Assembly (NCBI GenBank): GCA_951406725.2
Contig: OX597822.1
Coordinates: forward strand, 59,458,001-59,522,000
Source of the DNA: Octopus vulgaris
Taxonomy: Eukaryota
Length of the DNA: 64,000 nt
Direction: 5' to 3'
Made by a program: the position numbers and the translations under genes. This document shows, one piece after another, positions 13,086 through 27,995 of this stretch (within the stretch, counting starts at the first letter, position 1; each line of letters opens with the position of its first letter). The notes under the pieces are model-generated. The model searched no databases. It saw only the letters and a list, made by a program, of their open reading frames with translations, and had not been told where the DNA came from.

Positions 13086-13330
13086 GAGGCGCGTGGCTTA
13101 GTGGTTAGGGTGTCAGCACCATGATCGTAAGATTGTGGTTTCGATTCTTGGACCGAGCGACGCGTTGTGTTCTTGAGCAAAACACTTCATTTCACGTTGC
13201 TCCAGTCCACTCAGCTGGCAAAAATGAGTAACGCTGCGATGGACTGGCGTCTCGTCCAGCTGGGGAACACATACGCCATTGAAACCGGGAAACCGGGCCT
13301 GTGAGCCTTGCTAGGCTTTAAAAGGGCATA
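13086..13330 (+). mobile_element. SINE with a family B head/core and a different tail
   Basis: The head matches family B. The tail GCGATGGACTGGCGTCTCGTCCAG...GAAACCGGGAAACCGG matches the tail of the SINE at 23312-23622. Confidence 0.8.
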
Positions 13331-13413
13331 TTTATTTATTTTTATGTATGTATGTATCTATGTTTGTTTCTTTGGGATTATTTTAAGGCTTTTCTTAGGT
13401 AAAATTTTAGAGT

Positions 13414-13576
13414 GGTAGGAGTGGCTGTATGGCAAGTAGCTTGCTTACCAACCACATGGTTCTGGGTTCAGTCCCACTGCGTGGCACCTTGGGCAAGTGT
13501 CTTCTACTATAGCCTCGGGCCGACCAAAGCCTTGTAAGTGGATTTGGTAGACGGAAACTGAAACAAGCCCATCGTA

Positions 13577-13634
<58 letters not shown>

Positions 13635-13848
13635 TGTGTGTGTGCGTCTATATGTTTGTGTGTCTGTGTTTGTTCCCCCAACATCACTTGACAACCTATG
13701 CTGGTGTGTTGACGTCCTCGTAACTTAGCGATTCGGCAAAAGAGACTGATAGAATAAGTACTAGGCACCCAAAGTCCTGGGTCGATTTGCTCGACTAAAG
13801 GTGGTGCTCCAGCATGGCCGCAATCAAATGACTGAATCAAGTAAAAAA
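13414..13848 (+). mobile_element. SINE family A, complete
   Basis: tRNA-like head GGAGTGGCTGTATGG...GGGTTCAGTCCC, internal (TA)n/(TG)n, tail ending TGACTGAATCAAGTAAAA. Confidence 0.9.
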
Positions 13849-15958
13849 GTGGTCACAAACAAATTGGCAAGGCTGTTTGGTTTATTCTAGAACACTTGAA
13901 GTTTTTGTTTACCTGAATTGGTTGACGCAAGCATATATCTATGCATATGCATACGGATAATTGGTTGCTACGTCAGGCAGATCGATTGGCTACATTGATT
14001 CGAGCTGCCATCGTGGTGTTAGGGTGTTTCTGAAAGGCATCAAAAACATAAAATTGAAAAAACAAAATTCAATATAACAGAAGCACAATTAATATATGTA
14101 CCAAGGAAACACACCCATCACATTATATCATTACTAATCATGACTAATACTCATAGAAAAATCTCATACTTTATAAGTACTCCGTCTCACAATCCCAGAT
14201 GATCTCCCACCGTGACCACATCTATGATATTACCAAAGCCACTTTTCAAAGCTTGACTTCTCTTCACAGTTCAGAAATCACTTCATCTCTTAATAGTTGT
14301 TGGTTCTTTACAAGACACGCCAGACGCCTACTTTAGAGTACTTATCCCTTATCCCGGCCAGTCCTTATAAAATATGGGTTACTTCCCTCATCCATCTCTT
14401 TTACTGCTACTGAAACGGTTCCTTAATTCCTTGTAGTTTTGGCGTAAGAAACCTTTACGGTATTATGTGTACACCTCTCGTATTCTCGATTTGCTTTACT
14501 TCCCAAAACAGTTCTCTTTCCTCCCTTCTCATAAACTCTTGATCCTGAAACTCTACCCCTGCTCAATGCTTTTTATTGCATAGTTAGAAGAACAAGGGTA
14601 GCACCCGTGACTCTTTACAGAGTATCTCCGACTGGTGAGAGGGAGCGAAAAAATTAGTTTCGCACTAACTCCAAATCTTACAATAGAGTGGACATCACGA
14701 AAGGCTCCTAAGACTGATTTAAGAATGCCAGCCAAAATCATGAATGGTCTCCCAACTATCCTTCAGCATAGTTTCCGTCTGCCAAGTTGCAAACACGACC
14801 TGCTCCCATATTCCCTGTAGATACTGTCCAGTCTGTTACTATTGTGTGAAGTGGTACAAAGTCTATGGGCACTGACCTGTTCTTTAGACAAAATCATATC
14901 TATATTTGACATAAGGTAACAGATTTATGACTTAGGTGTATAATTAATTGAGTCAAATAAACAGTATGTTACTAGTATTCAATTTATCCCCACCTTTGCC
15001 ATAAAAGGCAAAATCAACGTTAATGGAATCTAAGCTCAGAACGGAAAGGGATGTAATCAAAAATTGCATCATATCTAAACTATCAAACAAGGTTGAAATC
15101 ATTAAATGATTCAGCTTGTGGGTAAAAATTTTAGACTAAATTTCTTTCAATATGTTCGTTCTTCCACGTCCTGGGTTAAAATTCTATGAGAGAGAACCTC
15201 TATGTTTCACCTAACTGATTTCAGTAAAATGAATGCCTGTTATATATTGAGGTCCAATAAATCGACCATACCACCTCCCCTACAACAATTAATATTGTGC
15301 CAAGACAAATGTATTAATGTAAATAGTTGATTGTGCATCACGTTAGCTACAACACGTTAGCTGCACACTATAGAGAACCGAATATTATTTCAATTTTTCC
15401 CTATATTTTTTTTATTTAAAACCCTATAAAAGTTGGCCTTCACCTCTCCTTCATATGGAGTCAATAAAATAAGCACCAGTAGTAAACTGCAGTCGATTAA
15501 CTCATAACCTTTCGTGATTTTGTGACTACGTTTAGGAAATGACATAAATTTTAACTTTATACAAAATAACTGCCCAGTCACTTGGAACTATTATATCTGA
15601 AATTCCTTGAAATATTACAGAATGGATATTACAAATAAAGGAAATTCACATAATTTCTACTGCAGAAAGTATATTTATTTCTGAAGGTTAATAGTTCGCA
15701 GTGGAATTTTTGGTTCTTAAAAATTGTATTTCTGTTTAATGCAATTCTCGATAGAATTTTATTTCCTCATAATTTTTATTTCTTCATAATTTTACATTTC
15801 TTTTATAATGCATACATACAAATACACACACGTGTGCGTTTATATGTGTATATATGTACACATATACATACATGTATATATATATATATGTGTATGTATA
15901 TATACATATATATATACATATATATACATGTGCCTATATATACATATACACGTGTATG

Positions 15959-15996
<38 letters not shown>

Positions 15997-16055
15997 CATA
16001 TATATATGTGTGTGTGTGTAATGATGAACTGGCTAGGAGTGGGTTTACTAAGAGT

Positions 16056-16120
<65 letters not shown>

Positions 16121-16175
16121 GCATATATACATACAGACATACACATATGCACGCACGCACGTATATATATGTATG

Positions 16176-16210
<35 letters not shown>

Positions 16211-16459
16211 TCACAGAAGTTAATAAAAAAAAGCTGCCACAGCAGTAGTTGACACGTATTAAACTTATTCCTTACTTATCCGTGAAACTGAATGCACATG
16301 TACAAAGATAATATCATTTTGACATTAATAAGAGAAGATTTTGGACAAGACTGCCAAAAGAGGAATAATCCCGCCCACTAGACGAAACATTAACCACTAA
16401 AAACATAATATTTTCTTGATTTATTAACTGGACGCTTTAGGAGGAGAAGTTAATGTAGA

Positions 16460-16673
16460 TGAGTGTGCGTGTGTATAAGTGCCTATGTATATATTTATGC
16501 ATGCATATATATGTATGCGTATATATATATATCTATATATCTATATATCTACACACACAAACATATATATATATATGTTTGTGTGTGTAGACATATAGAT
16601 ATATATATATGTACACATACATAATATATGCATGCATAAATATATACATAGGCACTTATACACACGCACACTC
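16460..16673. repeat. Spacerless palindrome, arms about 105 bp
   Basis: GAGTGTGCGTGTGTATAAGTGCCTATGTATATATTTATGCATGC... is mirrored by ...GCATGCATAAATATATACATAGGCACTTATACACACGCACACTC around a (TA)n centre at about 16570. Confidence 0.9.
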
Positions 16674-17039
16674 AGTATATTAGTATATACATATATATAT
16701 ATATTCATACACACACACATATGTATGTAAATATGTGTGTATTTAAGTGTATGAATGCGTGCATTTTAAGTATGCGCATTGTATATATGTGAACGCAAGC
16801 GTGGCCGATTTGGTTAAGAAGTCTACTTCATAATTAGGAGGTCTATGGTTCGATCCCATAGAATTCCGTCGTCGAATACTCAGTCAGTCCCACATACATA
16901 TGTTATGTTTAAAGTTTGCATGTATATCTATTTGTATATATATGCATATGCATGCATGTTTGTGTGTATATATATATATATATATATAAATTCATAAAGC
17001 TGTACATACACGTACACACACACATATATGTATGTATAA

Positions 17040-17540
<501 letters not shown>

Positions 17541-17575
17541 ATATTTATATGTACATAATCATATATATATATATA

Positions 17576-17643
<68 letters not shown>

Positions 17644-18006
17644 TATATATATATCTGTATATAAATATGTATGTATATGTATATATGTATGCATCTATAT
17701 GTGTATATGTTCATGTATATGCATGCATCTGTATGTGTGTATGTGTGCGTCTGTGTGTTTTCTTAATAACCAGTTGACTGTTTCAAGAATATTTTTTTCG
17801 TCTATTGGTCAATACTGTTCTAATATCAAATGTATTTTGGGTTGGGACTATTCTATCCATTTCCCACCTCTTCCTGTGGGTTTTTCTTAACTGGTTTCAC
17901 AGAAACCAGCAAAACTAAGCAATATTCGATTTCTAGGAATATGTGTATATGTGCTGCTGTAAGTTCCTGTTTGAGTGTATCTGTGTGTCTGTGTGCACAT
18001 GAGTGG

Positions 18007-18068
<62 letters not shown>

Positions 18069-19800
18069 TATATATATGCATGTGTGTGCACGAGCGTGCA
18101 TGTGTATGTGTGTGTGTGCATGCGTGTGTGTGATTGTGGTGTGTGTGATTGTGGTGTGTGTGTGTGTAAGAGAGAGAGTGTGTGTGTGTGTGTGTGTGTT
18201 TATATATATACATATAGTAAAATTCATAAAGCTGCACTTAGAAATGTTTGTATTTATTATTCAATTGAAATCATTGATACTTTTTATTCACTTACACGAC
18301 TTCAAACCATCTTCAATTCATACATGAATATATAGAGGCATACATATATAAAAACATGCAAAGACACATACATACATCCATACATGCATACATCAACAAC
18401 CATATAAGCCGTTGTATACACATATATAAACACACATGTGTTTATATAGATGAATACATATGTATGTCTTAAAGAAAGTCAGACCGGCTGGCAGCGTAAA
18501 AGAGAGGGAGAGAGAGAGAGAGAGAGAGAAGGAGTGAAGGAAGTAGGCCGAGAGAGGGAGAGAGGAGAGAGAGAGAGAGAGAAAGTAAGAAAGAAAGAAG
18601 GAAAGAAAGAAAGATCAAAGCAGACAACTATGATTTTGTGCACATCCCTCTACAGGTTTTTAGTTTCAGATATTAAACGTAATGCGATGCTAGTGACCAC
18701 CCCTTTGCGTTGTTACACTGGTTGCTTTGTTAGGGGGTTCTGATACACCTACTTTCGGAGTGCACTATCAAGCAGCTCAGTTTAGGGACTTGCCCACCGA
18801 AACACCTACCTCTACAGCATATAATAGTAGTGGTCCAGCCGTATCTCTCACACATTTCTACTTTCAGCTGTTAGCAGTGGAATATGGTATTCAACACACT
18901 GATTTACCTCGGCAGTAAGATTACTTTTCTTTTATAGTTTTTGCTTCTTTTCCTTATCTTTCACTTCTCCACACTTTCGAATTCAGCAAAGTTTATCTTT
19001 CTAATTTGCTTTTTTATGTTGCAGCAGATATTCTGAAAAATGAAGAAAGGTAGCACTAGTTTACTATAGCGTCGTTTACTTAGTGCTGTAAAACATTGAT
19101 TTGTAACTTTGATACAGAGAGGCCCTGCATGCACTAAAAGAATGTTTCTTAGGTGTTGTTGCTGTTGTTGTTGTTCTTTATTCCAGGAGCAACTTTGATA
19201 TAGCAGACCATAACGATTACAGACATTTCAACTATGGCCATTATTTCCAGAAGCAGACAACATAACCCACCCTATTCTTCGTATATTTAGAATTGTTAAG
19301 GTACGAAAAACTCAGAGTAGAAACGGATCTTCTGCTTCGATATATATATGCTAATGTATAAATAGGTGCTAACATAAGTATATTATAACAAGTACCCACA
19401 TATATATGTATATATATGTGAATACGAACATATGCATATACATATATGCATATATTTGTCGTCTGCTATAGGCGGCTTGAATATAGCTTGAGTATATGTG
19501 TCTGGGAAGTTCTTCTCCAAGGAACCGGCTTGGAAAAAAGATTTCTGGTTTCAAACATCAGTTGCTAACCACGCATGTATGCCTTCTCTATGTCACCAAT
19601 GTTGATCAAGGAAGAAGCAAGTCCGGTGCTTTTTTGCGCTAGTGTCGTTCTACGTGTTACCATCAGGACGCTGAAAGCCGGAACAAATAGCGCAAGGTAT
19701 GCTACCTGCTATAACGAGTCCGCCAATTTGCCGCTACTTGTGTGCGTGTTTGTATTATATTATATAATGTTATATTATATTATATTATATTATATTATAT

Positions 19801-19864
<64 letters not shown>

Positions 19865-19961
19865 ACATATAGTAATATATATATCTATATCTATATATAG
19901 ACATAGACATATACATATAGTGATCACCCCTTTCTGTCTCTGTCTGTCTGGATCTCTTTTC

Positions 19962-20048
<87 letters not shown>

Positions 20049-20878
20049 GTCTCTGTCTGTCTATTTGTCTGTCTGTCTGTCTGTCTGCCTCTGTCTCTTT
20101 CTGTTTCTATTTCTTTCTCTCTCTCTCTCTCTCTCCACACACGCACAAACACACACGCACACACACAAACACACACACAAACACACACACACACACACAC
20201 ATATATTGTTATACATATCTATATGTCGCTGTGTGTTCCACTATGCTTACGTTACCTATCTCACCTCTCTCGCTCGCTTGTTCCTATATGTATCTATTTA
20301 CCTGTCTATACACGCACATGTCTATATGAGTTCTTGATTCAGATTATCTGGCAGGTGGTTTCGCTGCTGTAAATTTGGTGCTTTGTGGGGAGAGAGAGAG
20401 AGAGAGTATGTGTCAACGTATCAGAGCTGTGTCCATGTCTCCATGCAGTCACAGGAGAGAGTATTTCTATACTGCAAACTCTTTGCCGGTAATCTGCTGT
20501 GCATCAACTCGGATCTCAGCAGTAAAAATGCAGATTACAAAATTACTGAAAATTTGGCGGCGGGTAACTTGAGAACCAAAAGTATTATGCATATACATAC
20601 ATACATACATACATACACACATGCGTGCATGCATGCATGCATACACACACACACACACACATATATGGAGAGGCAGGGTCTGAAAAGTGTGCCCTGAATA
20701 TAATAGCAGAAGCACGTGTAACCTGCTGTAGCTGATTACATAATTCCTGTTTCCTTGCCACATCTTTAATTTCATATTATGCTCTATACTCACCATGAAC
20801 TTTACTTTGGAGCATATTTATATTGAGTGCTAACAGCTGGTTACCTGTATCGCTATGGGTAAGCAGAATCGTTATATA

Positions 20879-20974
<96 letters not shown>

Positions 20975-22169
20975 TATATAAAATATGTTATTTTTATATT
21001 ATATTATATATATATTTCATATTCTTTAGTTACAGCCCTTTGTATTCTAAATTCAAAAACTTTGCATTTCATTCATCTTGCCACGATAAAATTTGTACCG
21101 GTCAAGCACTAGGTTTAATGTAATTTCTGGCTTATGCCTATGTTCAAAATCCTTATTGTGAATAGTTACAAATACATATAAACGTGTAATAATTGTTTCT
21201 AATTTAGGAACAAAACCAGTGATTTTGGAGTGGAGGTAAGTTGATACCATCTACTCCAGTACTTGATTGGTATTTTGTGTTGATTATTCCAAAAGGATGA
21301 ACAGCAAATTTGGCCGCGGTGGGATTTTAACGTCCAAACGTAAAGAGCCGGCAGAAATATTGCAAAAGCGTCTTCCCCGACTCTCTCAGAGTTTTACCAC
21401 TTCGCCGACCTTACGTCTTCATATAGTCCTTTCTATTATTCTGCTACTGGTTCTTTGTAACCCAGTGCTACCTGTTACATGGACAGATGTTCGGCGACTA
21501 AACCGGCTCCTCCACTTGCCTCGCAGGTGAGGAGGGTGTTATGCAAACTCTGAAAAGCTAAAACAAGACCTGTCAAAAGACTTTTGAGCTATTTGTGAGA
21601 CACATGCCATCCGCACGAGTGATATCTCCTGGAATCCTTCCGCACTTGGGCTAGCAAAGCCGTGCAGCTGATCCAAGACCGTAGTCACGAAAACTCCTAT
21701 GAAAGACATACGGTACTCTCGAGTTGGAGTCGACGTCCCCGGCGATATGGCGTAGAGCGAAAAGTATTGACAGAAGGCCGATATTTTTGTTGTTGTAGTC
21801 GATTACATGGAGCCCAGTGCCCTGGTACTTAATGCATCGACCACGAAAAGATAAAAGGCAATGTACAATTTTAGGGCAGTGAACTGAATTGTTAGAGTGT
21901 CCGACGTGATACCTTGTGGTATCTGTTTCTGTGTTCTGATGGCAACCCATGCAGCAGCACTGATGCATAATTGTAACGGATTAGCATTTCTTTAGACAGT
22001 ATACTTGTAGTGACGTAAGGGAGACTCAAACTGATTAAGAAACCGGAGGACCGGCGAATCTTAGAACAAATTATCAAGCCTCTTCCTGACTGCTGATTGT
22101 ACCTCTCCACCTTGTTTATAAGCATTGAAATAACATTTTTATCAGATCATCTATTTCAACCGAAACGTG

Positions 22170-22266
<97 letters not shown>

Positions 22267-22348
22267 GTCTGTCTGTCTGTCTGTCTGTCTGTGTGTCTGT
22301 CTGTCTATGTATCTATCTATCTGTCTGTCTATCTGTCTCTCTGTCTGC

Positions 22349-22435
<87 letters not shown>

Positions 22436-22524
22436 CCTACCTTACTGTGTGTGCATGTATGTAGGTATGCATGCATCTATGTATGCATGTATTCATGAAT
22501 GTATGTATATCCATATGTATGTAT

Positions 22525-23070
22525 ACAGTGTATTAGGACTAAATTTGACTGTTTGTATATCCCATCCAAAAATGAAAGTACTTTTAAAAAATCCAAAAAG
22601 ATGTCGATTAGCTTATGACTGTGAGATAACAGTTTACTCAAAGTAACCTCCCTCGGCTTCAACGACGGTCTCAAGACGTCTCAAGAGCCTGCTGCATGTT
22701 TTCCTCACTATGTCCCCGGGAAGATCTTCGAACACCTCCTTGATCTTAGCCACCAGCTCGGCATTGGTGTTGGTAGCAGTGCGGTTCGTGATTTTCTCAA
22801 CCGTACCTCACACATAGTAATTCATGGAATTTCAATTGGGGGAAATTAGGAGGCCAGAAATTGGGGCTGGTGAAGCAGTACAGATTCTCCTAGAATCACA
22901 TCTGTCACTTCCTGGAGCTATGACAAGAAGTCGAATCCTGCTGTTACACATATGGCAACCCTCTCCAGACTGAGATTGACCACAGTCTCCAGCTGCCTCA
23001 TAACCGTCTGAATTGAGTTTAAGACCCCGTTCAAAGATGTTGGGATAAATTCCGGCGTGCAAGCGCAGTT
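22525..23070 (-). mobile_element. maT (DD37D)-like transposase remnant
   Basis: The minus strand reads QQDSTSCHSS..FTSPNFWPPN..NYYV..RLETVVEAEGGYFE* with about 37 residues of spacing. A TIR-like end lies at about 22525. Confidence 0.75.
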
Positions 23071-23311
23071 GCAATGCATACTGTATACCTTCTAGTCTCC
23101 GTTACAGCTGTCTATGTCACATTTTGCAATATTTTCAGTGTTTACAGAACATGTAGCAGCAATCATGATGCCGGCAGTTTGATACACGGCGCTGTATATT
23201 AGGTGTGAACAATAGTAAATAATTACATGCTGAATTTTATAATTATCCTGCAGGTTTTCAGAAAAGTAATCACGATATTTTGTCTAAAAATCTTTTTTTC
23301 CAGCTGCTTGG

Positions 23312-23622
23312 TTTAACACTTGTTTGTTCCTTCTCGAGCCACGCCTGGCTCATAAGGGCCGGTTTCCCGGTTTCTTTGGCGTATAGGTTCCCCACCTGGA
23401 CGGGACGCCGGTCCGTCGCAGGTGAACTGCAAGATGCAGGAGGAAAGAACGAGAGAAAGTTGTGGCGAAAGAGTCAGCAGAAGTTCGCCATTACCTTCTG
23501 CCGAAGCCGCGTGGAGCTTTGGTGTTTCGCTCATAAACACATACATCGCCCGGTCTGAGATTCGAATCCGTGATCCCTCGACCGTGAGTCCACTGCTCTA
23601 ACCACTAGGCCATGTACCTCCA
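23312..23622 (-). mobile_element. SINE family C (tRNA-Arg-like head)
   Basis: Head GAGGTACATGGCCTAGTGGTTAGAGCAGTGGACTCACGG..TTCGAATC, related to the copies at 41580 and 49820. Confidence 0.8.
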
Positions 23623-24056
23623 CAAATGCACCCTTTTAAAGCCGAGCCAGGCTCATGTTGGGTTATGGGGCGGTTCGGCAAATAACCCAATAGAATAAGT
23701 TTCCTACCTAAAAAAATAAGTACTGGGATCGATTTGTTTGACCAAACTTTTTCAGGCGGTGCATCAGTATAGTTATAGTAAAATGACTGAAATAAGTAAA
23801 ACATAAAAATAAGAGATCGAATACCTGTGTAAAGTGAAATGGCTAGAACAAAGGATAGAAACCTTGTTGGTTGTTGTTCGATGTTCCGAGAGCTTAACTC
23901 TAGTTTGAAAAAATTAACTAGCGTGAAGCAGAGTAGGAACAAAATAAATGTGGTTAAGGAGCCGATGACAACGTACTAAGCAAGTCGATATAATTATAAG
24001 AAGGCAATGTGATGTTGTGACATTTATGTATTAGCCGATGTCATCTAATCTAGTAT

Positions 24057-24856
24057 TTTTTTTTCTCTCCCGTCTGTCTTGATAGACAATGGGTCGCGCC
24101 AAGGGTTGGGCCTACTTTGATAATGAGCAGCGTCTGCTGTGACTGAACAGTCCAATTCTAGAGTGGCAGTCCCTGGTACAGTTGCTGCACACGAACATCG
24201 ATGGGTACGTGTGGGGTGTTGCTGCAGTTGTCCTCCTCCTGTCCCGCCTGTCCGACCACAGCTGTGCTCTCCTTTCCTCAGGCATGGAAACGCCTTTCCT
24301 CACTGTCCGACGCCAGGCAGAGCGGTCAGCAGCTGTTACCTCCCACGTGTCCACACAGATGTTGGCAGTCCTCAGGTCGCGCTTGCACACATCCCTGTAT
24401 CGTAGCTGTGGACGTCCCTTGGGTCGGGATCCCGTGGTGAGTTCGCTGTACAGGATGTCTTTAGGCATGTGACCGTCCTGCATGCGGCAGATGTGTCCTA
24501 GCCAGCGCAGTCGTCTCCGCACGAGGAGGGCATGCATGCTTGGCATATTAGTCTGTTCTAAGATGACTCCGTTTGGTACTCGGTTCTTCCAGGATATGCC
24601 AAGGATCCGTCGAAGACACCGCATGTGGAAGCCGCTGAGGCGGCATTCTTGCCGGGTGTATGTTGTCCAGCTCTCGCTGCCGTAGAGTAGGGTGCTCAGC
24701 ACGCAGGCTCGGTACACTGCGATCTTGGTGGTTATTGTGAGCATGTTGTTTTCTCACACTCTCCTGGAGAGCTTAGCCATGGCAGCAGTAGCCTTCCCAA
24801 TCCGTCTGTTCAGCTCCGGCTCGAGGGACAGGCTGCTGGAGACCGTCGATCCCAGG
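24057..24856 (-). mobile_element. 5'-truncated RTE-clade LINE (ORF2 C-terminus) with A-tail and 11-bp TSD
   Basis: ORF 24112-24744: LLYGSESW, RCLRRILGISW, RRLRWLGH, GRPQLRYRD and a C-terminal CxxC..HxxxC. TSD TAATCTAGTAT at 24046-24056 and 24857-24867. Confidence 0.92.
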
Positions 24857-25693
24857 TAATCTAGTATAACACTTGAGAAATGAAAGGTGACCTTGGTTGG
24901 AATTGAACTCGGAATGCAAAGAGTCAGAACAAATGCGGCAAAGAACTTTTTTCCAACGCTCTTAAAACTTCTAGCAGTGATGTAAGCACGAAGATAGCAG
25001 GAGGAGGAAGGGGAAGGGTCAATCGATCCATCTCAGCTTTGAAATATAGGTAATTGATTTCTTGTCTTTCTGTAGATGTTAACGCAGGTGAGCGCTGATC
25101 GGACCGGCACGCCTTTTATAATCAAAGGCCATCCAGGCGTGATTATGCCGTATTTTTGTGTGTCCAAGAACTATACCATTTTTTGGGGGGAAAGTATGGT
25201 GGGATTTGATGATTTGAGGGAGATTACGCTACTGTTTATTTCTAGCTGATTGACTGATTGTGTGGAAGGATTCTCGATGATTTGTCTCGATGTTGATGTT
25301 TGTGTTTCATTTGATTCTTTTGCTTTTCTACCACATGGTATGAAAGCTTTCTTTCGCGCCATTTTTTAAAATTACAAAGTGACATACCTCATTAAACAAA
25401 ACATGTGATATCATTTGTTTCCGTTGACTTTATATAGGTTTCATAGGCTAAAAACAAAAATGTTTTTATGCATGGGTAAAGGTGATTTTGTTTTACGTAT
25501 ATTATTGTTGATGTCGCCGTTGCTGATTTAATGATATCTGATTTAGCAGACGCATGACTACAAGCATTTGGTCCAACTACAAATATGATTTGCATCATTG
25601 ACATATTACCATATTCTTCACGATGTATGTGTGCCTCTCAGATCACTTTCTCCCGGTACATGTGGCACATATTTGGCGTAAATTCATATGTTC

Positions 25694-26110
25694 TTTTATC
25701 TTTTACTTGTTTCAGTCATTGGACTGCAGTTATACTGGGGAACCTTCTTGAAGGGTCTAGTCAAACATGTTGGGCCCAGTACTTATTTTTTAAAATCTGG
25801 TACTTATTCTATCGGGTCTATTGCCGAAATGCAAATCTTCGAGGACATAAACAAACCAACACCAGTTGTCAAACAGTGTATTTGGGCACCAAGCACAAAC
25901 ACACGCACACAAACACACGCACACAAACACACACACGCACACATATATATATGACGGGCTTCCACACAGTTTCCGTCTACCAAATTCACTCGCAAGATAT
26001 TGGCCGGCCTAGATCAATAGTAGAAGAGTCACCCAAAGTGCTGCGCAGTGAGACTGAAGCTGAAACCACGTAGTTGCAAAGCGATCATTTTACCTACACA
26101 GCTATGCCTG
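25694..26110 (-). mobile_element. SINE family A, diverged
   Basis: Recognisable tail and head in reverse orientation. Confidence 0.75.
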
Positions 26111-27674
26111 CATGTATAGCAACGTCTGAAGTGTCTTATATGTGATTGTATATAATAATTCTTAATTTAGTGTTGGAATATAAATAATTAGTTCGACCTC
26201 AGCATTTCATGCTTTAATGCAGACTTCGGCAAGATTCGAACTTAAAATGCATCCCGTCGTCAAGACATTGATTTGTCATATATGTTGAAGTTAAAATATT
26301 TGCTGGAAGTAGGGAGAACAATTAACTTTTGAGAGGATTGAAGTTGAGCCCAGGAGGTGGCTGGTACTTATTCTATGAACTTCTGATGATGAAAGACTAA
26401 GCAGACGTCGGCCAGTTTCAAACTCAAAACATAAAGGTTCATCATTAGATAACCGAGAATCAGTTTGTCCGATACTCCACCGATTCTGCCAATCCCCTTG
26501 AAGGGCAAGGCCATCAAGAAAATAGCCTTTAATACGCCAATGTCAATTTTTGTAAAGAAGGTGGTGGTGCTGCTGTAATGATCCTAATACAAAACTGATG
26601 AATGTCGTATTGGTTGCTGACAAATGTTGACAATTTTTGCATGAATTTCAACGCAGAACATACAAGTATAAGACTAAATATTGTAAAGCATCGAAGACTT
26701 AAAGATTTCTTTTACACGGTCTTAAGAGCGGATGAGGTGTAGCTTATAGAAAATTTAGGTGCTGATGGTTTTCTGTCACTATCCTTTACCAGTATTAATT
26801 ATTTTTTTTAACAAGCGTCGAGCTGCTTAACAGTACCTGTTAAAATGCTTAGCGGGATTTCTTCTGACTTTATGTTCTGAAGTCAAATGCCACCGGGGTC
26901 GACCTTAGCACTGGGATCGATGACATTGACTTGCACCTTCCTCCACAATTGCTCATCTTGTACCAAATTTTGAAATTAATATTATTAATTGATATTGAGT
27001 CCCTTAGTTATAAGCTTCTGATGGGTATTATACGTTCATGTTAGATATTGTTAAACACATTATGTTATAAACGTTATGTCTCAAATTTGAACGTGAAGTA
27101 TGTGCATATATAGCGAAGAGTTCCCCACTCCTGCTGTAGATGTAATGTTAATAAGATTTTCAAGGGAGACTACCCTGGAATGTTTTCCCATTGCCTTTAC
27201 TGAACTGAGTTGGCCTCTTTCAACAATTATAAAGTAGTTTCTTTTCTTACAGCAGTTGGGTGCATCTGCCTAAATGTTACAGCCAAATGCATTAAGCTAG
27301 CAAGATTTGAGTGCATTGACCACAGGTATCTCATATCACTTGTGATAAGTTAAGGGTCATCAGCTCACCAGCTGGTAGTCAGACATCCTCTCAACTCGAC
27401 CACTCAAGTGCAGCTCTCGAAGATTATTTTTGTTAGATATGGTGTCAATCGTTTTATAGTTTTGTATAAAATTCAATCATCATAAGCAAATCTCAATCCG
27501 TTAATGCATGTAAATTTAGGTGTTTCAAAATATGCAATGTCAACTCCCTCAAATATGTAAATCTCTCAACAAACACAAATTACAAGAGATCAGATAATCT
27601 CGAAACAAGTCAGTGCATTTAGTAGCGATATTGTTTACTGTAAATTTTTTTACAACACATTAGTGCTGTATTGT

Positions 27675-27995
27675 GAAGATGCATGGCTTAGTGGTTAGGG
27701 TATTCGGCTCACGATCGTAAGGTCGTGAGTTTGATTCCCGGCGGCGCGTTCTGTCCTTGAGCAAGACGCTTTATTTTACGTTGCTCCTGTCCACCCAGCT
27801 GGCAAAAATAAGTTGTACCTGTAATTCAAAGCGCCAGCCGTGTCACATTTTGTGTCACGCTGAACCCCACTGAGAACTGTGTTAAGGGTAGACGTGTCTG
27901 TGGAGTGCTCAGCCACCTGCACTTTGATTTCACGTGCAGGCTGTTCCGTTGATCGGATCAACTGAAACCCACGTCATCGCACTCGACGGAGTGCT
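27675..27995 (+). mobile_element. SINE family B
   Basis: Colinear with the copies at 7202 and 12729. Confidence 0.85.

Noticed and set aside
14500-14870. Possible L1-type RT remnant on the minus strand
   Set aside because: Only a vague QGCP-like resemblance; too decayed to support.
19620-19670. GTCCTGATGG...GGAC (minus), hammerhead-like
   Set aside because: No GAAA and no convincing stem II.
21450-22120. Possible RTE 5' UTR remnant
   Set aside because: No recognisable protein motif; it cannot be supported without a database search.
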